Below, piece by piece: positions 1-11,100 of a stretch of DNA of 64,000 nt. Within the stretch, counting starts at the first letter, position 1; every line of letters starts with the position of its first letter. Location: positions 1 through 64,000 of IMG/VR virus record IMGVR_UViG_3300045836_000088. The stretch is one strand, 5' to 3'. The notes under the pieces are model-generated. The model was not told where the DNA came from and searched no databases. It saw only the letters and a list, made by a program, of their open reading frames with translations. The DNA comes from a virus. A program made the position numbers and the translations under genes.

Positions 1-10
1 AAAAGGTACT

Positions 11-241
11 ATGGACTTAGACCTTAGAGACGAACCAATTATAGTTCGGTATTTTTATTGGTTTAAAGCACTTATATGTGTGTTTTTAGGCAGAAATAAA
101 GCCAGTTATATAGGAGATACTATAACAGTTATTAGCTATGATGAATATCAAGCATACGAGTATATATCATGGCGTAGCGTATGGGTGAAAAGGGGACTAT
201 TTAAAGGATGGCAGGTTTGCTGCGCTTCTGATTCTAATTAA
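11..241 (+). CDS. hypothetical phage protein
   Basis: ORF in tightly packed + strand gene array. Confidence 0.6.
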   Translation: MDLDLRDEPIIVRYFYWFKALICVFLGRNKASYIGDTITVISYDEYQAYEYISWRSVWVKRGLFKGWQVCCASDSN

Positions 242-252
242 AAAATACCATA

Positions 253-657
253 ATGAACTTTGATTTTTACATAGTAAAGGGTAGTATAGCTACTCCTGAA
301 AACCCATATTTTGGTAAATTCTCAGAAGATCCAGTAGTCAATATGGATATTATGATCTCGCGTGATGAGTTCGAGGAATTTGCCAAAGCTAACACCATAC
401 CCTGCATTAACGTACCTAATGGAAGATACCATAAGGATGAGTTAGATCCAATTATTGGATTTACAGAAAATGGTGTTGATTGGCGAGTTGTTGGCAATGA
501 CGAGGATTATGGCAACGGATATGAGAGAACGTGCTTAATCAGGAAATCTTCATCCCCCGAAAAGTTAATTAAGCTATCTGATGTTGTAAAGGTGCTAGAA
601 GATCACGCGGGCCTTGAAATTGATAGTATAATTATGAGTAAAATCAAATCTCTTTAA
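253..657 (+). CDS. hypothetical phage protein
   Basis: 134 aa ORF, A-rich leader, operon packing. Confidence 0.7.
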   Translation: MNFDFYIVKGSIATPENPYFGKFSEDPVVNMDIMISRDEFEEFAKANTIPCINVPNGRYHKDELDPIIGFTENGVDWRVVGNDEDYGNGYERTCLIRKSSSPEKLIKLSDVVKVLEDHAGLEIDSIIMSKIKSL

Positions 658-659
658 CC

Positions 660-1175
660 ATGAAAGATAACTTACAACTAAAAGCAAGATACTTTGCAAA
701 TTATTTGGGGCAAAATATTCAATATAATTTCATAACACGTGAATTTCAGGATGAAACTAGATATGCTATTTTAAATGGTCTGGATATAACTGTAAATAAT
801 TTAATAACTATCCCAGTAGATAGGAATGGTGTATTAATGTATTATTTAAGGGATAGATCGATACATGTAGATAAATGCGAATTACTACTACGCCCTATAT
901 CGTCCTTAACCGATGAAGAAGCTATACGGGTAGCTAAAATATACGCTGATACTATTACAGAAAACTACTCAAAAGAACAGCTAATAAAAGAAGGTAAGCG
1001 GCTGGTTAAGATAATGTTTGGGTATAAGGATAGTAAGTGGAATATGCTTAACATATATGCCTGCTATGAATACCTTAAATCACTATCCGTTGCAGTTCCT
1101 TGCTTTGACCCCACAACCAACCAACTCATCCCCATAGGAACACTTATAGAATGGGGGTGGATAAAACTTATTTAA
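660..1175 (+). CDS. hypothetical phage protein (LLLRPISSLTDEEA motif seen in Bacteroidota phage early proteins)
   Basis: 171 aa ORF, operon packing. Confidence 0.7.
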   Translation: MKDNLQLKARYFANYLGQNIQYNFITREFQDETRYAILNGLDITVNNLITIPVDRNGVLMYYLRDRSIHVDKCELLLRPISSLTDEEAIRVAKIYADTITENYSKEQLIKEGKRLVKIMFGYKDSKWNMLNIYACYEYLKSLSVAVPCFDPTTNQLIPIGTLIEWGWIKLI

Positions 1176-1196
1176 CACACTTTAATGATTTAAAAG

Positions 1197-1580
1197 ATGA
1201 AAGCAGAAGAATATTCATTAACAGAACTCAAATTACAGTTTGAGCAAAAAAGAAAAGAGGCAAGGGATCTTGGTAATTTAATTTTAGAATTAGAGGAAAA
1301 GCAAGAGTTACCTTTATTAAAGGAGCAGTTCGAGGGCAAATATTTCAAATTTGAAAACTCTTATGGCAGCGAAGAAAAGTGGAATGGTTACTATTTTATA
1401 AAATCAATATCTGGTCGTAACGAGATTGACGCTATAAAATTCGAAACAGATATTAATGGTAAGACTTATATAAAAAACGGCGATTACTACTCTATAAATT
1501 TGATAAAAGATGACACTGAAATATCTGAAGAAGAGTTTATGGAACATTATCAAAAAGCCTTACAAGCACTATCTATTTAA
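1197..1580 (+). CDS. hypothetical phage protein
   Basis: 127 aa ORF, N-terminal coiled-coil character. Confidence 0.7.
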   Translation: MKAEEYSLTELKLQFEQKRKEARDLGNLILELEEKQELPLLKEQFEGKYFKFENSYGSEEKWNGYYFIKSISGRNEIDAIKFETDINGKTYIKNGDYYSINLIKDDTEISEEEFMEHYQKALQALSI

Positions 1581-1582
1581 CC

Positions 1583-2308
1583 ATGCTAAACCAAGAAACA
1601 CTTAATAATTATAGCTGGATAACCTCAAGTGATGGTAAGTCCATAAGACCGGAAAATCCGCATAAAGAAAAGTTGGGGTATTATCCAGTGCAAGAGCTTA
1701 ACCCTAAATGGCAAACTTTTGAAAGTGATACCAAAGACCTTACCTTTCCCTGCGAAGGATTAAAACCAGGTGTTGTTTATAGGCCTAATGAGTTGCGGAT
1801 AGTTTGGCAAGATAAAAATATCTTATGTTCAGAATGGCTTGATGCCAATAAAAGTCTTTATTCCAGTTTTGAAAATTTCCAATTAAAAATGAATATTCAG
1901 TGCAGGGATTACCGTATCTGTATCAAACTTGCAGAAGGAAAGCAATCAGATCATATTGCCGATGGCGGGAAAATGATAGAAGAAAAGCAACAACTGACCG
2001 ACACGAATGTCGGCCAGTCAACGGTTGAGGCGGCAGAGCAGGCAGCAAGGTTAGAAAGCCAAATTCTCGATGATAACCAAACAATGCTTTTGGCTGTAGA
2101 AGAGTATATAGGTAAAAATATTCTTTATAGCGATCTTGACATTTTCAAAGCAGGCGCAAAATGGCAACTCCAAAATATCAATTTGGATGAAATACTGGAA
2201 CTGATAGCAAGCCGGGCGAAAACAGATCCTAACTGGATGAATTGTATTGTTGATAAACAATCTATCCTAGACTGCAAAGAAGATATTATTAAACTTTTAG
2301 GTAAATAA
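1583..2308 (+). CDS. hypothetical phage protein
   Basis: 241 aa ORF. Confidence 0.7.
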   Translation: MLNQETLNNYSWITSSDGKSIRPENPHKEKLGYYPVQELNPKWQTFESDTKDLTFPCEGLKPGVVYRPNELRIVWQDKNILCSEWLDANKSLYSSFENFQLKMNIQCRDYRICIKLAEGKQSDHIADGGKMIEEKQQLTDTNVGQSTVEAAEQAARLESQILDDNQTMLLAVEEYIGKNILYSDLDIFKAGAKWQLQNINLDEILELIASRAKTDPNWMNCIVDKQSILDCKEDIIKLLGK

Positions 2309-2311
2309 CCC

Positions 2312-2345
2312 CCTCAAAAGCCCACCCCTTATTGGCATATCTTTA
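2312..2345 (+). promoter_or_regulatory. putative phage-specific promoter CCTCAAAA-N18-TATCTTTA
   Basis: Same spacing as motif copies at 12769, 31522, 41947. Confidence 0.45.
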
Positions 2346-2360
2346 AAATAAAAAAAGTTT

Positions 2361-2876
2361 ATGTCAACAGTAACCAATACGGCTATACAGCATGAAACAT
2401 TTATCCAAAAAGTAGAAGAACTTGCAGAACGTTTTGGAGAATGGGTAGCCCAAGAATTTCATAGTGCCAGTAACCTCTATAACGAATTAAGCGACCTTGA
2501 AAAGAAAGGTGCTACTTGGGCTTATGGCGTAATAGCAATCGTTAATAAGAACTTAGATAAAGACGCGGTAGTAATACTGCCCATTATTCAAAAAGCCTTT
2601 CCTGACCTCTCTATTGACGTATTACACGGCTTTGTAGATACTGTACTTAATGATCTTAATGCAGTACAATCAAATGTACCTGTAACTTTAGAAGACGCCT
2701 TAAATGCCTTAGTAAAATACTTAGGTACCTTTAAAGGTAATGCTTGGGCGCAGGTAAGCCAAAGTTTAGGAAACTTACTAGCTATTGCCTTTTCTCCTGA
2801 AACTCCTATTCAAAAGTTTATTCAGGTAGCAGAATTAGTATATCAGGTAGTAGTAAAGCCTTTATTAGACTTGTAA
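2361..2876 (+). CDS. hypothetical helical protein with own promoter and terminator
   Basis: 171 aa ORF. Confidence 0.75.
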   Translation: MSTVTNTAIQHETFIQKVEELAERFGEWVAQEFHSASNLYNELSDLEKKGATWAYGVIAIVNKNLDKDAVVILPIIQKAFPDLSIDVLHGFVDTVLNDLNAVQSNVPVTLEDALNALVKYLGTFKGNAWAQVSQSLGNLLAIAFSPETPIQKFIQVAELVYQVVVKPLLDL

Positions 2877-2889
2877 AAAGATTTTTAAG

Positions 2890-2923
2890 AGCATAGGCGG
2901 TATTTCCCTGCCTATGCTTATTT
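2890..2923 (+). terminator. intrinsic terminator
   Basis: AGCATAGGC/GCCTATGCT stem followed by T-rich tail. Confidence 0.6.
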
Positions 2924-2954
2924 AACCCCTCAACCTAAAGCAAACTAAAAGATT

Positions 2955-3149
2955 ATGAAAAAGATATTTAAAGATTTTGAAGGGGATGAATTAAATATAT
3001 CCGTAACCTCTGTTGTTTTTATTGATGCCGCTAAAAGTAGCTTAGTATTTGATGCTAAATCGGCAAAGGCATTAGCTGAATGGCTTTTACAGGCCGTTAA
3101 CGAGAAAATTAATAACGGGAGCGCGGTTGGTTTAAAAACGAACGCTTAA
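2955..3149 (+). CDS. hypothetical protein
   Basis: 64 aa ORF with A-rich leader. Confidence 0.6.
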   Translation: MKKIFKDFEGDELNISVTSVVFIDAAKSSLVFDAKSAKALAEWLLQAVNEKINNGSAVGLKTNA

Positions 3150-3174
3150 CTCTTTCTAACCAATACTAACAATT

Positions 3175-3390
3175 ATGAAAACACTTACTAAGAAGCAAAA
3201 ATTCGTACTGGAAGAAGTTAAGAAAGGTGGCTCTTTATTGGAAGAAGTACTATCTGGCAAGCTGTACTTTTCAGACAGTGAAGGCAATTGCCACATTATC
3301 CATCAAGCAACTCTTGAAAAGTTGTGTCGTTTAGATTTACTTCAAATAGGCCACCCTCCAGCATTGGATTTAATTCGATATATCGTCTAA
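3175..3390 (+). CDS. hypothetical protein
   Basis: 71 aa ORF with A-rich leader. Confidence 0.6.
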   Translation: MKTLTKKQKFVLEEVKKGGSLLEEVLSGKLYFSDSEGNCHIIHQATLEKLCRLDLLQIGHPPALDLIRYIV

Positions 3391-3429
3391 CCAATACTAA
3401 TTACTTACCCCCTTTAAAAAAAAATAGAT

Positions 3430-3606
3430 ATGGAAATACATACTCAGCTCAAATGGATTGTAATATGTCTAGCCGGAATGATATTCTTTATGTTCAGAGC
3501 GTGCTATTGTTTTGATAATCGCATTTACGGACCGTTTGTGATTGATCTGTTTTTGGTATTTGCCTATCCGTCTGTAATTATTCTTGCCCAAATTTTTAGA
3601 AAATAA
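3430..3606 (+). CDS. small two-TM membrane protein (not in ORF track)
   Basis: Manual translation MEIHTQLKWIVICLAGMIFFMFRAC...VIILAQIFRK, after A-rich leader. Confidence 0.5.
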   Translation: MEIHTQLKWIVICLAGMIFFMFRACYCFDNRIYGPFVIDLFLVFAYPSVIILAQIFRK

Positions 3607-3647
3607 AGCCCCAGTAATTTATTTAATACAGCTAAATAGTAAATACA

Positions 3648-3884
3648 ATGACCGAGGAAGAATTTAAACGTCGTTCCTTCAAGCATAGTCAGCCATTAGA
3701 TTATGTGAACCCGCGTACTAATGATCGCTTAGAGTGCCTACTCACTGCTGTAAACTTTGATCATGGCACTTTTTGTTTATGGGTAATACCATTTGATAAC
3801 GAAACTGCCTATTGCGAAGGCTATGATTTTTGGGTGAGCTACGAGCATGTATTCCCGCCTAAACATAAATTAAAGAAGGCTTAA
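3648..3884 (+). CDS. hypothetical protein
   Basis: 78 aa ORF. Confidence 0.6.
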   Translation: MTEEEFKRRSFKHSQPLDYVNPRTNDRLECLLTAVNFDHGTFCLWVIPFDNETAYCEGYDFWVSYEHVFPPKHKLKKA

Positions 3885-4050
3885 CCCTACATGAAGCAGA
3901 GCGAAGCTAAAACCCTGCTATCCCCAAACAGTACAGATAAAGCATATAATAGCTCCTGCTATACATATAAGCCCACATAGCTTATCTCCATTGGTAAATA
4001 TGTTTTTCATAGGTAGATGTAATTACTGATAAATTATTTTCCTTATATTC

Positions 4051-4305
4051 TTACTGATCTCCTCCAGCTTGATTTCGTAAAGCTTCTTTAGTCTCATTAA
4101 CTTTTCTAACTCTTTCGATTTCTCGCTGGAGGGAGTGGATTGCTTTTTCAAGGTCTTCTATTTCTTTATTTGGGTCTTTAAATCCGGCTCTACAGATGTA
4201 CTTTATGGCATTACCTCTACTATAGTTTAAGTTCTTAGCGTGGATAAAGTCCATTACTTCTATGCCGCCTTGTGTATAATGTGATGGTGAAAAAACTGCG
4301 CTCAT
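4051..4305 (-). CDS. DUF3310 / SaV-like (T7 gp1.7-type nucleotide kinase family) protein
   Basis: PSHYTQGGIEVMDFI...GNAIKYICRAGFK...EDLEKA signature. Confidence 0.85.
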   Translation of the reverse strand: MSAVFSPSHYTQGGIEVMDFIHAKNLNYSRGNAIKYICRAGFKDPNKEIEDLEKAIHSLQREIERVRKVNETKEALRNQAGGDQ

Positions 4306-4730
4306 TAGGCTACTTTTATTTTGGATTTTGTTAAATAATTAATTGCATTTCCGATAATTGAAATATCTTCTTTTAAAAGTCCTATTGCCCTGTTACATGG
4401 GTCACAAAGAAGCCCCCTTATCTGTCCTGTATCATGGCAATGGTCAACACAAAGATGTTTCTTCCTGCCTGCCATGCTCTCTGCCGCAGTCCTGTTACAT
4501 ATCGCGCATCTATTGTTTTGGCTCGCCAATATTTCATTATATGATGCTACGGTAAGTCCGTACATTTTAAATAAGTCATACTCGCGTTCATAACCCTCTC
4601 TGCGTTTAAGCTTCTTTGGGTATTTTTTATAACACTCTTTGCATTTTGATTTAACGCCACATGGTCTATTGTTTCTCTTGTGATATTCAGTTAGCGGTTT
4701 ATTTATTTTACAGGTGCTGCAAACTTTCAT
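4305..4730 (-). CDS. endonuclease VII-family (HNH-type) nuclease
   Basis: QNNRCAIC...LCVDHCHDTGQIRGLLCDPCNRAIG; N-terminal CxxC zinc motifs. Confidence 0.9.
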   Translation of the reverse strand: MKVCSTCKINKPLTEYHKRNNRPCGVKSKCKECYKKYPKKLKRREGYEREYDLFKMYGLTVASYNEILASQNNRCAICNRTAAESMAGRKKHLCVDHCHDTGQIRGLLCDPCNRAIGLLKEDISIIGNAINYLTKSKIKVA

Positions 4731-4740
4731 ATTTGAGGAA

Positions 4741-5982
4741 TTAGAATAAATGTGTAGTTCTTGTTATTTGCCCGTATATAGGGCAGTGAATAAATGCTTC
4801 CATAGCCTTAGGAGCATGAACAAACCCTTTAGTAAAATGCCATCTATCCGTACCGCTAATGCTCCTTACATATTCTACGTTACAATAATCTTCAGCTACT
4901 AAGGATAAACCAGTATTAAGTACTGTTACGCCCCTATAATCTTTCTCTTGCGCTACGCTTTCAGTACCTTTCTTAGCGGTTTTCTTTTTGTGGTGGATAT
5001 GATGGCAATACCAATAAGCATATTTGCTTAACGACCATGCGGCTTTGGCTTCAGTTTTCATTAAGTCCGGCAACTCTGATTCTTTAGCACCGTCAGCATG
5101 TGTAAGGCCAATTAAGGATGTGCCATACTGTACGTACTTTCTATGAATAGGGTCACAATCGAAAGTGATATTATGATTATTATGGTAATGGGATCTGATT
5201 GCATCCGCTAAGAAAAAGCCACTCACAAAATCATGATTCGATGGACAGAAAACAAAGTGTACATCTGCAATAGTTAAGAGCCTGTCTATAGCCGCTATTG
5301 TAGCCCTTTTAGCAGATAAATAATGCTCATGCCACATTCTGTCAGTATCTTGTGGTGTACCTGATGTAGTGGTTCTAAAAGCGTTATCAGTATGCAGTAT
5401 ATCATTACCACCAACAAAGATTATCTTTTCAAAATCATAGCCTGAAACTTTGTTTATCAATCCTTCGATACCATCCGCAAATCTCTTTTCAGTTAGAGAT
5501 AAGTTTGATTCCTCGCCCGTTTCTGTAGCACTTGAGTATTTGCCAAAGTGAGCGTCAGCAGGGTCTACTACAAGTAAATAAGGATGTTGGTATTGAGGAC
5601 GTTTGATAACTGGATATACAGGTGCATGAGCTTTCATTTCAGCAACTATGCTATCCTTTATCTCATTGTATGTAGGTGCTTTTTCGCCTTTTACATGGAT
5701 AGATAAATGCTTGCCTTTCCACCAAAAGTTAGATACTTTTTCAGGGTTTATCCCTCTTTCAGCACATTCCACCTCCAGTTCAGATACGCTGTCCGGTAAT
5801 AAACCTTCGGTACGCTGTTTTGCTACCGCTCTACCTATTCTTTTACGTAAGGCATTTTCAGTAGTAACAGATTGTGCGCCATGCTGCTTAATAACATCCC
5901 TTGCGGCTTTCCGCAACGAGGCACCTTCCGTTACTACTTTATCAACCCCGTCCTGAATAAGTGCATTTAGGTCAACACTCAT
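4741..5982 (-). CDS. calcineurin-like metallophosphoesterase
   Basis: DAHFGK, GGNDILH, PSNHD, THAD, HHIHH metal-binding motifs. Confidence 0.85.
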   Translation of the reverse strand: MSVDLNALIQDGVDKVVTEGASLRKAARDVIKQHGAQSVTTENALRKRIGRAVAKQRTEGLLPDSVSELEVECAERGINPEKVSNFWWKGKHLSIHVKGEKAPTYNEIKDSIVAEMKAHAPVYPVIKRPQYQHPYLLVVDPADAHFGKYSSATETGEESNLSLTEKRFADGIEGLINKVSGYDFEKIIFVGGNDILHTDNAFRTTTSGTPQDTDRMWHEHYLSAKRATIAAIDRLLTIADVHFVFCPSNHDFVSGFFLADAIRSHYHNNHNITFDCDPIHRKYVQYGTSLIGLTHADGAKESELPDLMKTEAKAAWSLSKYAYWYCHHIHHKKKTAKKGTESVAQEKDYRGVTVLNTGLSLVAEDYCNVEYVRSISGTDRWHFTKGFVHAPKAMEAFIHCPIYGQITRTTHLF

Positions 5983-5985
5983 TAT

Positions 5986-6366
5986 TTATTGTTGAGGTTG
6001 AGAATTAGCAGATACTTGCTCTACTATATTTGTCAATTGCTGCATAGCTTGATCTTCTGTGCCTAAAACACCTTTTACAGCGGCATCTTTAACTACAGCT
6101 ACATCCTGAATTAAGGCAGGTATATCCTGAATAAGAGCAGCAGGGTTTTTAAGGTCATTAGAGAGCTTATCAACGTTCTTTTGGGTTAACTGAGCTATGA
6201 GTACCCCACCGAAGCAATGCTTTACTATATCTTCTGTAATAGCGTCAGATAAGAAGTGTGCTTTACAGGCTTCAAGTGCTATAACGGCAACAACGAGTAA
6301 GGCAATCTGTACACCGACAAAATAAGGGTGTGCCGGAGAAAATAGTCTCTGAAATAATGTCTTCAT
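5986..6366 (-). CDS. membrane protein, possible holin/lysis accessory
   Basis: Hydrophobic N-terminal helices, directly downstream of endolysin. Confidence 0.5.
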   Translation of the reverse strand: MKTLFQRLFSPAHPYFVGVQIALLVVAVIALEACKAHFLSDAITEDIVKHCFGGVLIAQLTQKNVDKLSNDLKNPAALIQDIPALIQDVAVVKDAAVKGVLGTEDQAMQQLTNIVEQVSANSQPQQ

Positions 6367-6436
6367 GTTCTTTGTTTCTTTTGTTACCTCTAAGTTGGCT
6401 ATTAAAACAAAGCAGTTTTGATGGGGTATAAAAGCG

Positions 6437-6469
6437 AAAAAACCGTCTTAGCCTCGCGCCTTGACGGTT
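6437..6469 (-). terminator. intrinsic terminator after endolysin
   Basis: AACCGTC/GACGGTT stem with U-tract on minus strand. Confidence 0.6.
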
Positions 6470-6509
6470 CCCAACCTAAACCTAAACACTATTATGAAAA
6501 ACTAATTAA

Positions 6510-7064
6510 CTATGCTACGCTCTTATAAGGAGTTATTCTTGAATACCAACTTGCTTTAAATTGTCCCTGAGTAGGGTCATGCTGAATAATGGCATCATAG
6601 TAATCTTTACGTAACTCATTAAACTTGCCTAATACTACTGCCGGACTTTGGCTATTTACAGCCTCTATAGTCTTATCGCCAATAATCCCATCTGATAATA
6701 CACCTACTGCCTTTTGTAAGAGCCTTGCACTTCTCCCTGTTCCTGCATTTACACCAAAGTCAACTACTGCATTTGCTATCTGTTGATCTTTGATTTTATC
6801 AAGGTTCAAGGGGTTCCAAAAGTTAGCTTTATAGAATGACTTTACTAAGCTCATTAAGGTGCTATTATCCATTAATAAGCTATCTAAGGATTCATTAGGC
6901 TTTTTATTAGCTTTAATGGTATCTATGGTAGGCCATCCGCTCCACTTAGGCCAGTAAACACGGGAAATTCCAAATGCAGTTTCTTGTCCGTGGTCATTCT
7001 TATTCCAAGAATAGCCTCCTTCATGCCGGAGAATTAAACCTATTGCATTCTGAAAATCTGCCAT
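6510..7064 (-). CDS. endolysin, glycoside hydrolase family 108 with C-terminal peptidoglycan-binding domain
   Basis: LRHEGGY, ETAFGIS, DFGVNAG, DGIIGDKT motifs; likely start MADFQ at 7064. Confidence 0.9.
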   Translation of the reverse strand: MADFQNAIGLILRHEGGYSWNKNDHGQETAFGISRVYWPKWSGWPTIDTIKANKKPNESLDSLLMDNSTLMSLVKSFYKANFWNPLNLDKIKDQQIANAVVDFGVNAGTGRSARLLQKAVGVLSDGIIGDKTIEAVNSQSPAVVLGKFNELRKDYYDAIIQHDPTQGQFKASWYSRITPYKSVA

Positions 7065-7136
7065 ACCCAAATTTACCTTGAATACTAAGGCGTTTTTTAA
7101 GAGTCTTATTTGTCTAATATTTATATTTTTGATTAA

Positions 7137-7412
7137 ATGAAGCCTAAGCGGAAAAAACATAGAAGCGAGAGTGATAAGAGATCCAATCCTACCAGTATCA
7201 GAATTAAAATAATTAATGAAACTAAAGGGACATTCTCAGAGGGTAGATTAGGAAAAATATTTAAGATAGTTAAAGAGAAATCATGGCATCAACCCCGCTC
7301 ATATTATAAAATACATCAATTGGAAATATCAAAACTTAATTTAGGACGAGATGTACGAGTAAGCAAAGATGATGTTGAGATTTATGATGAAATCCCAAGA
7401 TGGGGAAAATAA
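7137..7412 (+). CDS. small basic hypothetical protein, opposite to lysis genes
   Basis: 91 aa ORF filling intergenic gap. Confidence 0.5.
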   Translation: MKPKRKKHRSESDKRSNPTSIRIKIINETKGTFSEGRLGKIFKIVKEKSWHQPRSYYKIHQLEISKLNLGRDVRVSKDDVEIYDEIPRWGK

Positions 7413-7473
7413 AAAAGCCCCACTTCGAGTAAGTGAGGCCAGCCATATATGTATAACAGTTCGAGAAAAAATC

Positions 7474-7719
7474 TTATTTACGTCTGCTTTTAAACCATTT
7501 TACCACTGCGCTAATCGCCGAAAATACCGCCATTAAAAACCCTACCAGTACCGTAGTCCCCTTTAAATAAGCCTGACAAACAGGATCTGTAAGCAACGCT
7601 GATACCCAACTCCCCCCAATACTTAATACCACTCCTCCACTCAATAACTTCAAGTCCTTATTTGAGCCAAGACTAATTAATACATGACTATATAAGTCCC
7701 TTAACTGTGCATAGCTCAT
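7474..7719 (-). CDS. putative holin
   Basis: Two hydrophobic segments, basic C-terminus KWFKSRRK, upstream of lysin. Confidence 0.55.
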   Translation of the reverse strand: MSYAQLRDLYSHVLISLGSNKDLKLLSGGVVLSIGGSWVSALLTDPVCQAYLKGTTVLVGFLMAVFSAISAVVKWFKSRRK

Positions 7720-7819
7720 TCTTTCTTACTATTATATCGTGATTTAATACTACCCTTTTCATACCCTTAAAAATAAGGTATTAGGTATAGTGATTTTAAG
7801 GCATAAAAAAAGCCGGAAG

Positions 7820-8095
7820 TTACTTATTACCACTTTGCGGTACGTACCGCTGATAGATCATCTTTTGCAGCCTGTCCAGAAATGAAGAAGCATCATAGGC
7901 TTCTTTAGCTGATACATGGTCAGCATCAGGAAGCATTTTTTTAAATGTTTCTATAGCCTGATATAGGGTGATGGCGCTTTGTTTGGTAATGGCAAATACA
8001 CCGGATGTATCTTGCTTTACAGTATCTTTTTTAGCTTGAGCAAAGCTTGCCAGAGCTACCCCAGCAAGCAATAATGTTAATATTAAGGTTTTCAT
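7820..8095 (-). CDS. small protein with Sec signal peptide
   Basis: MKTLILTLLLAGVALASFA-Q N-terminus. Confidence 0.7.
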   Translation of the reverse strand: MKTLILTLLLAGVALASFAQAKKDTVKQDTSGVFAITKQSAITLYQAIETFKKMLPDADHVSAKEAYDASSFLDRLQKMIYQRYVPQSGNK

Positions 8096-8107
8096 TTGTT
8101 CATTTGT

Positions 8108-11100
8108 TTAGTTAGCCGATATTTTACGCCAAAGAGAACCGTTACTTTCAAGGTAGTAAGTTGTACCGTTGGTAAGCGCGGTGATCGCATTGCCGGAAGC
8201 ATCATACACCGTGCTTGCCGGAAACGACCATTGGAACCCGCTTGCGGTGTTGGTTACGATAACCTTAATAGTCATGCCGGCATAGCTGGAGGCTGTAGGC
8301 AAAGAAGCTGTTCGCGCTGCTGTTATGGTTGGCAGTTCAACATATTGATTTGCCGTCGTAATGGTATAATTAGCATCTGTAGCGGTAGCAATTACATTTA
8401 CATTTTGCTGATCAATTTGTCTCTTAGCACCTCCTAATTGAATATACAAGTGAGTACCATCATACCCCCCGGCTCCATCGTTTAAACTTGATGGTAAAGA
8501 TCCAGATCTGAATCTAAATTGCGCGTAGGTAGATGTTCCTCCCTGGAAATCAACCAAATCAGTTGCAGACTGCGAACCAAATGCCCATTTACCGGTATTG
8601 TCCATTGCTGCTCTTTGGGTAGGGGTAAATGATCCCCCAACTGAAAGACCTGACTGCCCGTAGAATGTTAAGCCACCGTTGTATGAGGTTACAGCGCCCA
8701 TATAAGTATCTTTTGCTACATAGTTGGAGCCGTTATAGGCAGCACCACCTAACAGGAAAAAGTTATTTGAGCCAGCAGATCCAGCGTACAAGCCATTATC
8801 TGAGGCTCCAAATGCCGCGTGTATTTGTGCAGCACCTGTGCTGTTCGCAATATCTAAAGCATAACGTGGAGTTAATGATTTATAATTCTTATCACCCAAC
8901 ATCGCCCATCCATTAGGACTAAGTATTAAAGGGAAATAGTTACCAATCTTTTTGGCTTTACTTTTGGGGTTAAAGAATGCAATAAACTGATTCGACATTA
9001 CTTTATGGCCTTCATTGCTTGGGTGCAAACTATCGAAAGGCGCATACAATGGATTGCCACTACCATCTGCCATTGGGGTATAAAAATCAATACAATTCTG
9101 ATACCCGTAAGTACTTAATAGCCATGAATTAAAAGTTTGTACAGCTGTTTTATAGGTGGAATTATCGCTTCTTGGCGTTAATAAGCAAATAAATAGATTA
9201 GTGCCAACTGTATAGCCATTGGATGTAAGCGAATTGACAAGGTTTGCATATTTAGTCTCTGTAGTACTTGTACCGTCAGAGGCAATATTATTGGTACCTA
9301 TTGAAAGGACAATTGTTGATGCCTGTGTGGCTAATATCTCGCTGAGATTAACATCGTCAATAGATTGGCCTGCTGTAGCATTTAAAAGCGTGGTGACGTT
9401 AGCATAATTCGAAACTAGTTCAATCCACTTATCAAAAGCATTGTCGGTAAAGAGCCCTCTGGTTATTGAATCACCAATTACGAAATAAGTAGGCGACTTA
9501 TTTTCGTTTCTGTCTACTTTAAAAAGCGTCACATCAAATGTCCCCTGTATAACGCCGATACCAAAACGGAAAGCATTAGGGAACATTACACTTACCGGAT
9601 ACGTCTGAATAAACTCGTACTCTGACGTATTGGTCATGCCCGTATTCTGATCTATTACTGTTGTTAAAATTTTATTTCTAATGAACTTTATTTTAACATT
9701 TAGCACGTCACCAGTGGTTATAGTCATACCATTGGTTGAGCTTAAAAATGGCGTAATGGAGTTATTGTAGTAGTATTTTATATAGCCATCTACCCCAACG
9801 CCAATTTGAAAGCTTGCATTATTATGAACAGCGTTCGATTGAAGCGTATAAAATAAGGCGTCACCACTATTTGTTGATCCTACTGTAGCGGTGCTACTGA
9901 TCGTAAAAGCCTCACTGTTACTATTTCCGTAAGCAGAATAAGTAATATACTTGCTAAGCGAAGTACTACTGGCGGTGGTCAGGTGCAACTTATTACTTAC
10001 AATAGTTATAGTGCCGCCACTATTATCTGTCCAGTTGGAGCCTAAAGAAGCTCTGCTAAAGGTATCGTTTATAACTGTTCCAACTTCTGGTTGGGAGTAG
10101 GCGGTAGGGTCAATTCCGCTACTTGTCAAATACGCAGCATCATTATTGAAATAACTCACATTCGTTGGGAATGTATTTAGTGAGCCATCACCCCTAATAT
10201 ACTGTGCAGTTGTGCCCGTTGGATTATTAAACTTTCCGGTAATCGCACTGGCATTGGTAGCTATAGCATTATCGTGATTGGCTAATGCCTGTTCTAAATT
10301 ATCGCCTACAGAGTAAGATGATCCTGTCGAAGTCGGCTTTGTACTTATGGTATTTGTCTGGCCGTTAGTTATCCCATAGCCACTTAACATTGTTGGGGTA
10401 CTTGTAATTTTAGACCAAGGAAAAGAAGCAATCCAGCTTGGATTTGCATAACTGCCAGTGAGTAAAGGGTATTTAGTATCGGCTGTAGCCGCTGTTTGAT
10501 ACGGGCTAAGTGCTGCTGTTACTGCTGATGTGCTTGGGTAATCTGTCGCACTATTGGTAAGACTTGTTACTTTGTTGGCCTGATTTTCAGGGGTGAACCC
10601 TAAAGCGGCTTGTTTTCCATTAAAAGTAGTCCAATCGGCGGCACTTAAATATCCCGGCTGCAAAGTGCTTGCTTGTTGGATAGTTACATTGTTATTGCCG
10701 TCTACTGCTAAAGGTGAGCTATATGTGTAAGTACTTCCGCTTACTTTCTGAATCAGGTTTGCATCTGCCTGCCCGTCTTTAAACCAATACTCTAATACTG
10801 ACCCGCCAGTCATTACCCCTGTAGTGGCATTAATAGTACCTGTAGGGTTAATGTATATAGGGAAGTTACCCGTCCTGTTTTTAGCCGTAGACAGATAAGT
10901 TAATACCTCTGCTGTAGACTGATAAGGCCGGTAAACAAAGTGCGTAGCATCATAGTAGTAGCTACGCGCATCTGCCGGAATACCATTAACGCCGAGCGGC
11001 TTACTTACTACAGTATGGGCACTTGGTGAATAAGTCTGCGCATGTGTTTGCACAAAGGCTCCTAAAAATGTAAGGAGCAATAAAGAACTGATTGTTATTT

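Noticed and set aside
7065-7160. N-terminal extension (SAR/signal) of the endolysin
   Set aside because: Overlaps a promoter motif and the opposite gene; ATG 7064 fits GH108 starts
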